Below are positions 1 through 14,700 of a stretch of DNA of 64,000 nucleotides, in pieces. The first letter of the stretch is position 1. Each line of letters opens with the position of its first letter. Made by a program: the position numbers and the translations under genes. Below the pieces are notes generated by a model. The model saw only the letters and a list, made by a program, of their open reading frames with translations, was not told the DNA's origin and ran no database searches. Source of the stretch: Laetmonice hystrix (Eukaryota); assembly GCA_965235115.1 (NCBI GenBank), contig OZ249437.1, positions 26,536,001 through 26,600,000 on the forward strand. The letters run 5' to 3'.

Positions 1-200
1 GGAGGAATAACTTGTGGTTGTGTCCTAAAGTTCAGTGTCCACGGCCGACGTTTTCCGCCTACATATTAAGTCACTTGGTAAGAGAGTTTGGGCCGTGATA
101 ACCACAGACATTTTTTGTTTGTTTCCGTCCTAACGAGAGAAAACCACGGTTAGTGGCGGAGAATTGGCGTGTCTGGGTGTAATCCTCTCGGTGATTTATT

Positions 201-340
201 ACCAATGGTTGGTCATTGCGTTAGCACCCCTGAATACCAATGGTTGGTCATTGCGTTAGCACCCCTGAATACCAATGGTTGGTCATTGCGTTAGCACCCC
301 TGAATACCAATGGTTGGTCTTTGCGTTAGCACCCCTGAAT
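201..340. repeat. Tandem repeat, 35 bp x4
   Basis: Unit accaatggttggtcattgcgttagcacccctgaat. Confidence 0.97.
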
Positions 341-1336
341 GGTCCCTTGGTTATAGGACGGCCCCAGGAGGACCTTCAGCCGGGAGGGTGTTAACAGAAC
401 GAAGCCTGTCCCTCGAGTCCGGTCTGGGAAGGTGTCAACGGTCGACGCCGGTCTGGGCGTTGTCCATGGTCAGACAACAATGTCCACTTGGCAGTGCCCC
501 CTGGTGGAGCCCGGATTACAGGAAGTGAGCCCGTCTGGAGCGGGAATCGTGGCGGCTCACTCTCTCTACGCCGAGGGTAGAAGTCAACATGAGTCAGTTA
601 GAATGCAAACCCAGGCACAGAGGAGGGTGACCTTTGTTAAGTGAGTCCCAGTTGTCGGACAATGGACATCTTACCGATTGCTGTGCTGGCTGTACAGGCG
701 GAGGGCAGACGGATGGCGCCGTATTGCCGCCGTCATGGTGCGGAGCGACTGGGTGGTGTAGATGGCAGGGTTATCGGTTCATCTGACCATTCATAGTCAG
801 CGCCTCCAAGACTCTGCGATCTGATGGATGATTCTCACAGACAACGGGATGGGGATGGGTGCAGGGGTTGCCTCCCTCACTGCATGGTGGTCCCTTATAG
901 TCACTGCATGGTGGTCCCCCATAGTCACTGCTACCGTACTATCTCTCCAGGCCATACCCTCCATGAAAAATACATTACTATGATTCCAGCCGACTGAAAA
1001 CATGAATGGATTATCACGTGTGTGCGAAATAACAAAGGGGGGCTGTAAGAGGAAGTTGGCGTGTTAGGTACGCCTTGTCAGAGGAAAGTCAATATAACAA
1101 TGTCAGTGCATGAATCAGACTCCCCAGTCTTCACCGATGAGGCGGGATCGGACTTATGTAAGGGCCTTTCTTCTGAGTGATATCTGAGGGAAAAGAAGGA
1201 AGGACCACGTGATCTATTTGACCGTTTTTGGTTATTTTAAGATGAATGTGAGACGGCTTTTCATGGGAAGGAAGGCCTCCTATGTCAAGATGAATGTGGC
1301 GATGTGAAGAGTGAGCCGATAGAACTGCCCTGATTT

Positions 1337-1630
1337 CCCACCTCATGATCTGCTAACCGTGTGGGAGGGTGTGTTGTGTGGCTGGCCCACCTCATGATCT
1401 GCTAACCGTGTGGGAGGGTGTGTTGTGTGGCTGGCCCACCTCATGATCTGCTAACCATGTGGGAGGGTGTGTTGTGTGGCTGGCCCACCTCATGATCTGC
1501 TAACCATGTGGGAGGGTGTGTTGTGTGGCTGGCCCACCTCATGATCTGCTAACCATGTGGGAGGGTGTGTTGTGTGGCTGGCCCACCTCATGATCTGCTA
1601 ACCATGTGGGAGGGTGTGTTGCGTGGCTGG
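1337..1630. repeat. Minisatellite, 49 bp x6
   Basis: Unit cccacctcatgatctgctaacc(g/a)tgtgggagggtgtgttgtgtggctgg. Confidence 0.97.
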
Positions 1631-3209
1631 TACATCTCACTGCCAGGATGATCTCGGCGACTGTTTACAATAGGATGGAGAAGGCCTTTCTACCGTGGGA
1701 ATCTAGAGGTGACTCAGAGGTAGAAGAGGCAGACCAGAGGTTCAGATAATTATCCCGAGACTGAGGGTTTAAAACGCTAACATTATATCACATAGGCCAA
1801 CCTGTGTTTGAGACTATGCCCGTATTGGCCATGTCGTCCTTCAAGTTCGTGTGATAGGGGCGCTGCTGAAATGTCTTATTTTGGTTATACCCCCATGGTA
1901 GATTTCCACAAAAGTGAGGGTCAGGGATTAGGGGTATAGGGATATGGAGAAGGCTTTTAGGCTTAGCCTAAGGGTCAAGTCTCGGAATAAGGATAGATAT
2001 TATTTCTTCCCACAAAAATTCCATGTTGTAACCATTAGGATTTACACGCATTATCGTTTTATGGCATAATATGGGTGGCTAGAAATGGGCACTATAAGCA
2101 AGACTTGTTGGTGGATTTTGATTTGCTGAACTCTGCAAACCGGTTAGAAGCTTTAATCCAGCGTTTGCACAGTTTACCATATAAAGTCTTGCCGTCCACC
2201 GGGCTGAGCCCTGGTACTCCAAAAACGACAAGTAGCTCTCCCGTCTGAATGATAGTCGAGGTTTTAATCAACAGGTCCATCTAGAGTGACATCCCACACC
2301 TGACTTAAACAGACAGGTCTACACCTAGCAAAGAGATAAATCCGCACGCTCCGCCAGACACAATCAATCCTCTAGGTGTATTATATGGAAAGCTACAAGG
2401 TGACTTATTGGAGGATAGGACAAAACATTGTGAACAATACATGTATATTGTTAAATCTATGATTTTTCTGATGTATTCGAGGGTAGATGAATCTTTCGGA
2501 TATTTTTTATTTTTTTTAAAAGTTCAGAATAAGTTTCGGTACTGTGTTTCCTTTTAGCATACCGATACTCCTTTGTTACTTTCTGACTATGCATTTACGT
2601 AATGGATTTGGAAGCAACGGTTACTGCAGCAGCAGCTCATTTTACCACCGTTTTTCTTTTCAAAGAGGCATTGTAATGGACAACTCGACTGTAGTCTGGA
2701 AGTAACGGAAACAAATTGCAATTTTAATTGATACGTTCGGGATATTTCATCTCGGTGGGTTGATTTTTTTCCCCAGAACATGCACTTAAAGTGAATGCGT
2801 CGAGTTTAAAATCTCCGATTATAACTTTAACTTTTAAAATGAAGATATTGAAAGATTCACAACAACTCAAAAGATCATTGGTTGAATTATGTTGACTATT
2901 TGATTTAGAGAGATCTCACTTTCTAAGTTTCATGAATATTACCTCTGAAATACATATGAAGTACATTGTGTGTTGGCTAACCAGAGTCAAATGAGTTGTA
3001 TATCGATCCAGTATGCCCACGGGTATAGAATCGATCGTTTAGATAGATTTATAGCTGGTCAGGTCAGGGACCATTTTCTAGCTGCGCATCTGATGAGATA
3101 TCATGAAAGTGAGATACCGATATCTGCCCGATATCTTTCAGGTGGAAGGGTCAGAGATAAGATATCGGTAGGGGATGGGGTCCCGAGCTGTTTATAATAC
3201 CATGTTTCC

Positions 3210-3299
3210 CAGAACAGGCGACCACCAGTGACCACATGTATCTGTGTTATCAGAATACAGGCGACCACCAGTGACCACATGTATCTGTGTTATCAGAAT
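3210..3299. repeat. Tandem duplication, about 43 bp x2
   Basis: cagaatacaggcgaccaccagtgaccacatgtatctgtgttat. Confidence 0.9.
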
Positions 3300-3633
3300 G
3301 TGGACTGATTAATGAATGGAATGACCGTGATGAGTTGTGAATCTACCCTCTGACCAGGCCGCTGACAGCGCCCCCTGTGGGAGACCCACAGATACGACGT
3401 GTCAATGTGAACTGACCGTGACGTGAGGTTAGCAGACGGCGGGTGGATGGCTACCGACAGGGGAGGTACCTGTGGATCGGTCAGGGGTAGGCCTCGTGCT
3501 AACTCCTACCATTGTATTCGTGAATGTAGTGTAGAGCCAAGGAACCCTCCCCCCTCCAGTAAAAACTCTGAATGACATTCACGAGGACTTCTTGAGAAAG
3601 GTTTATATAAATAATTGTACACGAGTGTTGATA

Positions 3634-3950
3634 TTTTCCGTGTTGGAAGCAGATAGAATTTGAAGCCATTTTCCGTGTTGGATGCAGGTAGAATTTGCAG
3701 CCATTATCCGTACTGGATACAGATAGAATTTGCAGCCATTTTCCGTGTTGGATGCAGATAGAATTTGCAGCCATTATCCGTACTGGATACAGATAGAATT
3801 TGCAGCCATTTTCCGTGTTGGATGCAGATGGAATTTGAAACCATTATCCGTGTTGGATGCAGACAGAATTTGCAGCCATTATCCGTGTTGGATGCAGACA
3901 GCATTTGCAGCCATTATCCGTGTTGGATGCAGACAGAATTTGCAGCTATT
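3634..3950. repeat. Minisatellite, 35 bp x about 9
   Basis: Unit ttttccgtgttggatgcagatagaatttgcagcca with variants. Confidence 0.95.
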
Positions 3951-6900
3951 TCCCCCAGCCGGGAACGCCAGGCAGTCGGTCCTCTGCATGGTTTCCGTGG
4001 GCCGTACCAGGAGGTGAAATGGCAATCTCCGGGCAGTTCGGATCGGCAGGTTCTGGGGGAAGTTTCGTGACTCATAACAAAGTCAGCCAACGTACCGTAG
4101 TGTGCTGGCAGTCAGCTGAGACTACCAAGTCTACCACAGGCGTCTGAAGATAGCAGGCTCCGATAACCATTCCCTAGATATTACAGTGCGCATATTTTCT
4201 GTAGTATGTGTGTGTGAATTTTGAGGCGAAAAAACTGATAAGAAAAATAAGAAAAATTGAGACTTCAACGTTACTGTTGAAATGCAACTCGTTTCTCCCT
4301 GAGTTACATGCCACATCGTTTCAGGAGACCAGGGAGCGCCTACAAATCCTTAGACGTATTATTGACCAGGATTTCCAGGGCTGCTGGTGTATAAATGGCA
4401 GGACCAGTTTCCAGGGCCAGATATCTCATCACTGTGGTATATCAGTACAGTGAGAACCACTGCCTGTATATCTATCCGCCTGTATATCACACCCGAGTAG
4501 AGCAACCCCAGCCGTTTCTCTCGAAATAAAACAGAAGGCCAACTGTATCTGAAGGCAGAGGCAGATCTCCCGCCCTCCCCAAACCCGTATACAAATCTGT
4601 GTCTTACTTTATCTCCGATATATTGGCTATGCAACGAGTCCCCATCATGCATGATATATTGAATGTATAAATAAGTATTAGTATATGATATTCAGGAATG
4701 GCTGTGATAGTTCTGGGGCGGATCAATTCTACGAAAAGTCTACGCCTCGCGATTCGCGATCCCCGAAGTGGGTGTCCATAAAACAGATGTTAGTGTTGAC
4801 ACGTTTGATGGCTGACCAATGTAGTGTGTAATCGTGGCGAGAGTCGGTCAGACTTCAGACCAATCCATGTCGCCCCATTATGTAAACAGTAGAGAGGTTA
4901 GTGTGGGGGTAGCCCCTCCCCGGCCCGACACCCCTGTGACAGGGACCCCAATATGACAGATGACTTCCCAGCTCCACCCTACATGCCCTCCCTGACCTCA
5001 ACACGCTTGTGGCCACAAATATTACATATGACACGAGCTGGCGGCCACCGACCGACGGGCTGGGCGGGTGTCCAGCGCCCGGGTTCTGACCGAATTACAT
5101 AGAATTGTGTCAACGTGTATACGAGTTATTACGATTCCCCCAGCATACCGACTTGTAGCAGTTATAGCTAGGGTGATGTGGAGTGGATTAATCTCTACCA
5201 ATGACAGCCACAAATCGGGGTGAGGCGCCGAGAACATGTGCTAACTCTAACCAGGGTTGTGCACACACCCCAGCGACGACAGTTGATGTGCAACAGGCGA
5301 CGTGTTGGGAGACACAAATAGAGATGTTGCACAGAGACACAATAATTTGCTGTTTTCGGAATCCACAGGGCCGGGTAGGCAGGACGATGGGTCGTTAGGT
5401 ACTGGTCACGTGGAATAAATGAAGTAATTCGATACTGTTGGGTTCCCTGCGTGATTTTGTTTAGAGGCGATACCACCAGTAATTGGCGGTATATCCCATT
5501 GCATGTTGTCTGTTTTGAGAAGCGGGTGGTGTGAATTCTTGATTAAACCTGTTTGCCAATAGTAAAGACGCGCTGGGTAAGTCCATAATTACCGAGGTCA
5601 GGACCAGACATTTCACAAGGTATTAAATATGGATGAAGCAGTCTGCCGTAGAGTCATCGACCTGAAAGTTGCCGTCTGTCGCTTGCCTCCCACGTTGTAT
5701 AGTACCTGACTGTACAGCGACAGCGGCTGTCAAGTCTTTAAAAAAAGTAGCAGACCGAGTTGGCCTGTGGACTTGACGGTTTACCACATTGGGAATGAAC
5801 CCCTTTGTGGTCACCAAGGTTACTACCCCACCAGAGCGTGATGGGTACATCCCCCCCTCATACGGCGCCATACGGAACCGATTGGGGTGATCGTCTGCCA
5901 GTAACAAGGTGTGTGTAGCAGCAGGGTAACATACCCCCCTCCTTCCTCCAGTCAGGTCCTAGCACCAATTTGTAGTCCTCCCACTCCAGGCGGGATTACC
6001 TCCACCTCCAGGGTTTCCTGGTGTCAGCTCCTCCTGAGGTAGACGGATAAATCAGAGACACGTTCGTGCTGGAGCACCGCCCTGGAGCATTACCCTGGAG
6101 CACGACGCGAGTCGAGGTGATTTGTGGGGAAACAACAAAGCTGAACTTTGCTCCCATCTCGCCCCTCGTGAACTGGCTATCTTCCCCAGCTGTGTCCTAA
6201 AAGTCCCGTTCACATTGCTCGGAACCGAAGGTACACCGACAGCAATTGGTTCATTCCAATTGGTTAATTGGTTAATATATTAGTATAATAACCCCATCAC
6301 CACAAAGTTAACCGCCGTAGGCCATTCAACAGTTTGCGTACCGTTGATGCCATGAGGGAGAAGGTGTTTGGTGTCTGTGGATGACATTGGCTGGGTCAGG
6401 CCCTCACCGCCCACAGTGAGCATTCTCAACACGTCAACCGTCCTGCTCTAAGTGAGCTAAGCTTTGTTCGCCCACTAGGTCACGTAAACATCACCTTATA
6501 TTCAGTTTCAAGTTCATGAAAAGAAGCGTCTATTTGAAACTCTTCCTCAATGCCGGAAAGTTTTTTTTAAATGACACTCCGTGAAGAATCTCTTGCTGTG
6601 GTTGTCAGATGATTTAGTAGCAGTCTGCGGTGTTTGCCCTGAAGATATTTATCACATTGTAAGTAAAACACCTGAAGTGTCAGACTTACGTCCGAAGTTC
6701 GTCAATCATACACAGAGAGCGCCATTTGGCATGCTGTTTTATAGATCTTTTTAATTCGCAAGGAATTGTAGTAACAAGTATTATCAGTGTTTTTGCGTTG
6801 CTTAATTGTTCGTGGTCTAATATATTATAACTTATCTGAGAAATATTGCCTTTATTTCCTCCTTTGATTCTATATTTGTACATTAACATTCATAAGTGCT

Positions 6901-7785
6901 GAAGCTGAAACGGTTGGCCTTTTTAAAGTTTTCCTGTGGATTAACAACATTCAGACATCAGTTCACATTCATGGATCAAACAATGTGATATTGTATTTTT
7001 TCGGAGGGAAACAGAATCGTGATATTCCAGCAAGATTTATGTGTAGTTCACTGACATTTGTGTGACCTAAAATTTTACAGGTTAATTTTTTAAAGGCTTT
7101 TGGTCAAACCCCTCTTTCCATCACAAGGAACTCTTTGATCCTGCTCAAAACTAACATCGACAAAGTTTACGTGGCGTAGTACCTTCTCATCGCATCCTCT
7201 TTCAGTATCCCTGTATATTTTCTCTGCTGTTAAAAGAAGCAAAGAGTTACACATCAGAACTCGTGTAATTAACCCTTGACCAAACAGTGAAAGAGTGTCA
7301 ACGGTGAAAGTAGATTAATGATTGATCGAACACAAAAATCCAGACCTAGAATGTCATCATTCCATCCTATCCGCTCTATCGACGATAAATATACAAGGAT
7401 TGCATTATGTTTGTATATCACAACTGTTGCACATCTGACCTGAGTGACTGAAACTTTGATGACATTTTTGGACCCTGTCTCACATTTCATTTTGACATAA
7501 GCTTTTCCTATTGATTATATAAAGCAAATTATTTTGATAAAACTATATATAACAACCCAAATGATGTTATCTCCAGAAGTTATGTGCTTTCTACTTTATG
7601 GCTATTATGCAAAATACCGCCAGTATTCGTACATTTTCCACTATTAAAGTCACTTTGGAGGAGGAAAAAACTTGAGTGAAATACACACGTTTACACCAAG
7701 TCAGAGTACAGGTATAAGGCGCAGTTTGAATGCAGTCTGATGCTTGGCACCAAAAGGACTATCACATTGACGTTACTGTAGAATA

Positions 7786-8733
7786 TCATGGACAAATCTG
7801 AAAGAATTTGACAGCGGCTGGTTCTAGCATGGCCACAGCCAGCTGGCCGTGGTCACTGACAGCGACACTGGTCGGGTAGCGTAGGTTATCCTTGGAGGTG
7901 ACTACCTGTTTAACGAGGCGACCGTCAGTATTGAAGAGGTTGACACAATGCCGATGTTTATCGGCTATAACGATGTGACCATGTGGGTCCGTGCAAACCC
8001 CCATTGGACAAGTCAGGAGCGAGTCTCTTGAGCCGATTTTTAATAGAAACTGTCCGTTTGTATCGTAAACTTTAACGCCTCCGTTACCACTGTCAGACAC
8101 GAGGATTCGGTCGTGCTGGTCGACCGCCACATAGCGCGGCTGTTCAAAGCCGTAGGCGCCCTTACCACGGGATCCGAACTGTAGAATACAACGCCCATCC
8201 GGGTCGTGCATACTGACCGAATGACGTCCTATATCCGTCACGATATACTTCCCAAAACGTGTGACCGTCACCCCACTGGGCTGTTTAAACATGGGGTTAA
8301 ACCAACTTTTACCCCATGTTGCCACACAGGAACCCTTACTCTGAATGTCAATCATTTTAATGCACTTATCCTTAGCGTCCGTTATGGTGACGTACTCTCC
8401 GTTGATGGAGGTGACCGCCGCAGCGTCCAAGAACTGGGTGGGAGTTGGTACGACACACACCGGCTCGATTTGATTCCAGGCGATCGGTTTGACGCTGACG
8501 AAAGGTTGACGTCTGTCCTTCACCTTGCTCCACATCATGGTGTCGGTACTGAAGATCTGCAGGTTCCGGTCCACGGCATCGGCCACGATGACGCTGCCGT
8601 TACGTAAGAAGGCGATGTCTGTCGGGTAGCGCAGGTCGGGACTGGCCCCTGAACCAGGCAAGTTACTGCCGGACGATGACCGACTCCGCTTGCTCACACT
8701 CTGCGGTTTCTTGTAGCTCGACATGCTGCCAGC
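7786..8733 (-). CDS. TRIM-NHL coding exon 2 (entire NHL beta-propeller, no internal introns)
   Basis: Polypyrimidine plus cag acceptor, 315 codons plus TGA, six NHL repeats. Confidence 0.92.
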   Translation of the reverse strand, partial: AGSMSSYKKPQSVSKRSRSSSGSNLPGSGASPDLRYPTDIAFLRNGSVIVADAVDRNLQIFSTDTMMWSKVKDRRQPFVSVKPIAWNQIEPVCVVPTPTQFLDAAAVTSINGEYVTITDAKDKCIKMIDIQSKGSCVATWGKSWFNPMFKQPSGVTVTRFGKYIVTDIGRHSVSMHDPDGRCILQFGSRGKGAYGFEQPRYVAVDQHDRILVSDSGNGGVKVYDTNGQFLLKIGSRDSLLTCPMGVCTDPHGHIVIADKHRHCVNLFNTDGRLVKQVVTSKDNLRYPTSVAVSDHGQLAVAMLEPAAVKFFQICP

Positions 8734-11700
8734 CTGTGAGATACATAAAAATACCAGAAGTTAGTCCGGCAAATCTTACACTCAAAATCTATCATTTGTG
8801 GGACATTGAGACGTGACGCCGACCTCATTGGTGACGTCGCTTTTCGATGTCATCCACTAGGGAGTGAGTGTCATCCGTAAAATGTACAATGTACTCATCG
8901 TAGCCCCAAACATAAAGCTACAAACCGCCTCTTCAGATAATGTCTACAACGACGTGATTAGTGAATAACAGAAAAATATCTGAATTTTAAGCCTTTATTG
9001 AAATTAAATTGTTTGAATATACCAAAAATTGATTGAATGTACCAGATATCCATGTTTGGTGAGAATCTGTCAATTTTTTAAGATTTCTAAGAAGTTTTCC
9101 CGTTAGTAGTGGATGAATTACCTTCCGCCAATTTGACGTTTTGAGCAAAAAAAAAACGACTTAAGATACTTGGGTCAGGAGAACAGTGTCCCATGTGTCC
9201 AGGCCAGTCCAATTAGAAAAGTTCATTAAGGGGACGATATTTCATTATTGATTTGTTCGTGACCAGATGGGTCAGCTTTGTTCTCTGACCATGTCACATC
9301 GATCGAGTACGAGACTGTGCCAAGATTGGTTGGGCTGTGGTTGGCCTGATAAGGTGGGGATGGCCAGGGATGATAGCAGAGCCAGAGATACCCGCCATCG
9401 CCCGCATCAGATACCCACCATCGCCTGCATCAATCTAACATAACGCTTGTCGTTTTTATGATAACGTCAAGACTGTTTTAGATCTGGGGTAATTCCAGAC
9501 GTCACTTATACTCATGGCGCCCGGGTGGGTATGGGCGTGGTCTCTGGGTCACTTGACATAACTATGATACAACCCATCCATTCGACATGAATTGTGAATA
9601 ATGGGGTACATTAATATGTACATATAGGTGTCATTGGTCGAAAGGTAATAAAGGAAACTGCTATTATGATATTTTATTATCATTAAAAATATTCTGAAGC
9701 CCTTGATGAATATGGGTGTTTTGGCGGGCCGAGCTATAGAGTTGGCGAGCCTGGTTACATGTGTTATTTGGTGAGCCTTTTTTTGTGTGAAAGGCTGTAG
9801 CTATACAATCAGATCAAGATAGGCACTCCTCACCACCAGTGTCTATCTGTTTTAACCTCATGCCTCGGATAACGGCAGTAACACCATACATAGAGCAGGA
9901 TTTCTGTTATTACGAAAAAGGAATATAAACACCGCCTTTGGCCCCCGAACTTTCTATCTGTGCTTTCGGTCAAAATAGCACATATGTTGCACCGGTGCTC
10001 TATTTGTGCAGATGTTTTTCTGTGACAGTAAATCACATATATTCAGGTCATGCTTCACTATCCAATGTGTGAAGTGTGTCGGTTTGACACGGATCAACAC
10101 TAACTGAGTGATTGGTGGGTAAACTATTGTAGAGGTTCGTTTCTCCGTCTATCAAAACGTACAGCTTGGAGGAGTATAAGGAAAGGCTACCGTAAACTAT
10201 TGTAGAGGTTCGTTTCTCCGTCTATCAAAACGTACAGCTTGGAGGAGTATAAGGAAAGGCTACCGTAAACTATTGTAGAGGTTCGGTTCTCTGTCTATCA
10301 AAACGTACAGCTTGGAGGAGTATAAGGAAAGGCTACCGTAAACTATTGTAGAGGTTCGGTTCTCTGTCTATCAAAACGTACAGCTTGGAGGAGTATAAGG
10401 AAAGGCTACCGTAAACTATTGTAGAGGTTCGGTTCTCTGTCTATCAAAACGTACAGCTTGGAGGAGTATAAGGAAAGGCTACCGTAAACTATTGTAGAGG
10501 TTCGGTTCTCTGTCTATCAAAACGTACAGCTTGGAGAAGTATAAGGAAAGGCTACCGTAAACTATTGTAGAGGTTCGTTCTGTCTATCAAAACGTACAGC
10601 TTGGAGGAGTATAAGGAAAGGCTACCGTAAACTATTGTAGAGGTTCCATTCTATGTCTGTCAAAACGTACAGCTTGGAGGAGTATAAGGAAAGGCTACCG
10701 TAAACTATTGTAGAGGTTCGTTTCTCTGTCTATCAAAACGTACAGCTTGGAGGAGTATAAGGAAAGGCTACCGGTGGTCGTGTGGGCTGGGGTCTATGTC
10801 ATTGAGGGATCACGGTATAGCGTGAGACAGGGTATCAGCAGGGGGTGTGGGGTGAGTGGAGACATACCCAGGGTATATATACTGACCCCCACACCCACCC
10901 GACTCCAACCCCTACTCAACACAGCAGGTAATGGAGCAGTTCCACCCTGGTAAACCTCACATGATTTCATACATCACCGTCCCGGCAGCTGTTGGTACTA
11001 AATCAGGCCCCTACCTCCCCCCCCTCCCGCCGCCCCTCCTACCCTTCCTCCCTGAACAGCTGAACGGCAATGATAATTCACCGCTACTTGGAGGTTCTTT
11101 GTTCAAGATTATCGGCCTGATGGTTGTGCTACACTAACCACAACCATAAAGTAGCCTATACTGTGTCTCTCTCGCAGCCGCCGATAAGTCAGAGTCCCGA
11201 TGAAGTAACCAGTTACTTTGAGTCACACACATAACGTGATCATTGCTGGTTTGTCTGATAATGTCAAGATATTTAAATGTTTTAGTTACTTGCTCGGTAA
11301 CGGACTTTATCTAGCTTGACTTTCGCGGCTCTTTTATTTTCGCTAGTGTAAGAACCTATATATATACTGACATCTGATAGAATTGGTTAACAGGGATTTC
11401 TTGGTTTCGCTCCGTTCGTGAGGATATAATGTGGGTGGGTGTGACAGCTAGCGTTATCGCAGATGGAGGAGGCTGGGAGGTCACGCGTACTGCCGTCACT
11501 CATGTCATCTCCTCCAGGGTTTTCACCCCCCCCCACCCCCACCCCCAACACACACAATACTCCTCCAGGCCTGGGTCAAACCACAAGAAACCACAACAAG
11601 ACAAACTCCCAAGACCGCAGGATGGAGGGTAACAAGAAATATTTGATGACTTGACTGTGTCATTCTCGTGTCAGTATGGGATCGTAAGTCAGACTACAAT

Positions 11701-14700
11701 ATCTTCCTTTGTGTCTCGGGTTGGGGGGGGGGGGGGTTGGGGGGTTGGGGGGGTGAGGGGGGGGGGTGAGGGGATGGGAGTGACGGCTGGGGGAACAGTT
11801 GGTATAATGGGTGCCAGGACTGTAAACGGATGACGTCGTTTGACCTACATAGGATTGACAGTTACTGTAGCCACAGCTGACACGATCAGGGATCGTTGCT
11901 GGTTTGTTTTACTGGTACGAATTAAACACCGTAAGGTGTGCCTATATATAATACAAAGTCGGTCTGCCTGTGAAAGAACAAGTTATAGATACACCAGCGT
12001 ATGACGTTAATGCCTATATATAATACAAAGTCGGTTTGCCTGTGAAAGAAAAAGTTATAGATACATCGGCGTATGACAGCTCAGAACCTAAATATAACAC
12101 TTATTTCCATCAGTAAAATCTAAATATAACACTCATTTCCATCACTAAAATCTAAATATAACACTCATTTCCATCACTAAAATCTAAATATAACACTCAT
12201 TTCCATCAGTAAAATCTAAATATAACACTCGCTTCCATCAGTAAAATCTAAATATCTAACACTTATTTCCATCAGTAAAAGGCCATGACCACGGATCTCC
12301 TTTATGAGGTATTTTTGAGTCAGTAACAGCTGGGGTAATTCTCAAATCATGTTCATGAAATCGTCATACTCTGAGCTATTATCTGAGTGAGGAGAGGTAG
12401 TACGAGTGTGGTCTGAGGTGATCGATACCTGTACCACGGTTCGCACCTGACAGGTGAGTGCAGTCGTACACGGCTCCAACTGGGTGATGTGTATAGCAAG
12501 GCCTGTCAGTGGTATGGAAGTCACAACTCCGACCCAAACCCAGGTCTATAGGGAGTTGTATCCCCACTCCATGTAACATGCATATATGGCAAGAAAGGCC
12601 CAATGAATACATTAGGAAATACGTTCTTTGCAAGCTAAAGAAGAAGAAGAATTTGGTCAGATTAAAGATTATTGGTTAAGCTGTGTGAGGAATACTAGCT
12701 TCCAAACAGGCATGAATTAATTATAGGGGCCTACTAAATATACCGACTGTGCTAATCCTAATTTCTGTGTATAACTCGCTATTGTCGTCTTGTATTTCAT
12801 TTTATGAAATGATGTAGTAGTAAATATTATGTAGCATAGACCGCCTGGGAAGAGCAGGTGCAGCTGGGGTTAAGGGCTGACACTTTACCAGCAATGCCTT
12901 GTTATTTCAACCTGATTGATTGGCCCAGTTCGGAGTTAGCAGGCTGCCAATCGCCTGCAGCCCCTGGTGGTGGTACTGATGGTAATACGTATAGAAGGCC
13001 CTACTCCCAGACCCGCGGTGAGTGGGGGCAGAAATGATGGGGGTATTGCTTGCAGTTGATGACCGGGGGGAAATGAAAATTCCGTGGATGTCCGCTACTT
13101 ATACCAATCCCCGAAAAAAAGGAACTGCGCTATTGACGGATGAAACGGATGGGTGTAACATGGCTTTGTTGTATGTTATTACAAGAAAATGGTGTCTGGT
13201 TGTGCTAACACAAAAGGTGCCTCCCCAGGCTAAGTTAACTATGCAACAATCTAAATTGGCATGACCTAGATGCGAAAAGAGGATTCAAGTTGAGACGTGG
13301 CATAATTACATCATTCGGAGAGAATGTGTAGTGATGCATGAGTCATGCACTTTCATTTCCCTGGTAAATGCCACAATCACTCCTCCAACGTCTGACACAA
13401 GCAGGATCCACAACTTTTAAAAGGACGTTACTGAAATGAAAACAGGACATTAAGCGACCTGTCTCCCCCCAGTGCCCTCCCTGGTCCCCTCAAGTTCACC
13501 ATCCACGCTATCTGGTACCTTGGGACGAAACTGAGGCCTGGTGTTGTGATAACGTGTTGGTCTGATCCTTTCACCCTGAGACATATCTCTATACTGCGCC
13601 TAACCCGATCCGTTTCGAACCCAGGCCATGAATTGATGCCCAATCTGGATATTAATCCGTGTCATGTGTACAACACGTGATGAGAGTGCTGTAGTTCTCA
13701 ATATGTTGTTGTCACAGTACACATAGGGATCTATTAACGACATTACAGGCCGCCTCCAATAACAGAATCTGCCAGGGGAAGTAGGCCCTCCAAGGTAAAT
13801 ACGGGCTGAGTGCCGTGTCTTTACAGTGCCCCGTTAACTGGACACTGAACGATATCTGGTAATGTATTCAACAGGCTTGAGATGGCCAACTACTTTGGGA
13901 TCTCCTCACATATCACAACATAATGAATTATTCTAGGTAAATAATCTGCCAGGGAGACCCTCACTGGCCCCCCTGTGTCATGGCCGCTTGTAATACTCAA
14001 ATATACCTGAACAAACAACTGGCTTGTTGATCACTAGGAAATGAACGGTCATTGAGAGTTTACTCTCAGTACTGGATTGAAACGTATGTTCCACTCCGCA
14101 CGCTGATCTTGTGTAGTACGCTTGTGTTTATTTTGAAAGGGTAAATCAATGTTTTTTGCTCTCTTCACCCAAGTTGCTCTCAGCCGTGTAGAAGACTTGA
14201 GGATCGGTGAGTGCGGGAGTTTAGTAGGAGATAAACTATAGATAAGTCTGCCGGGTGGCAGGGCAATGCCAGGCTGATAAAGGTGACTGGACGATTTTAT
14301 GTACAGCGGGGCCGAGATGGTCGGTTAAATCAGGGCTCAGAGTGGTATCTCCGGCGGCCATGATATGGTGGGTATCTCCGGCGGCCATGATATGGTGGGT
14401 ATCTCCGGCGGCCATGATATGGTGGGTCGATGTCTTGACGTGTGAGTTCTCCAGTAGGATGAGAATATCATGGCTGATGCCGGGAGGATAGTGTGACCTT
14501 CTCCAGTAGCCTACATGCCCACGATCACCACCTCCAGTTCGGCACACCCCCTGACCCTCGACCCCCCTCCAACCGGCTCATCTTGTCGGCATGTCTACCA
14601 CAACCGTGTCAGGCTCACGTCTGACCTCATTTTCTTATCCTGATTCCTGAGTATGTATCTGTGAACCGAGATTCATTGCTGCTTCTGATAGACTGATTCC

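Noticed and set aside
2376-2399. ag|VYYMESYK|gt as an upstream RTEL1 exon (resembles QSYK)
   Set aside because: Only 24 nt, with a stop immediately upstream in frame and no neighbouring RTEL1 exons; consistent with chance.
13511-13522. SGTL codons as the missing RTEL1 motif III exon
   Set aside because: The context is PSTLSGTLGRN* with an immediate stop; there is no ILT or YWCF context and no suitable splice sites.
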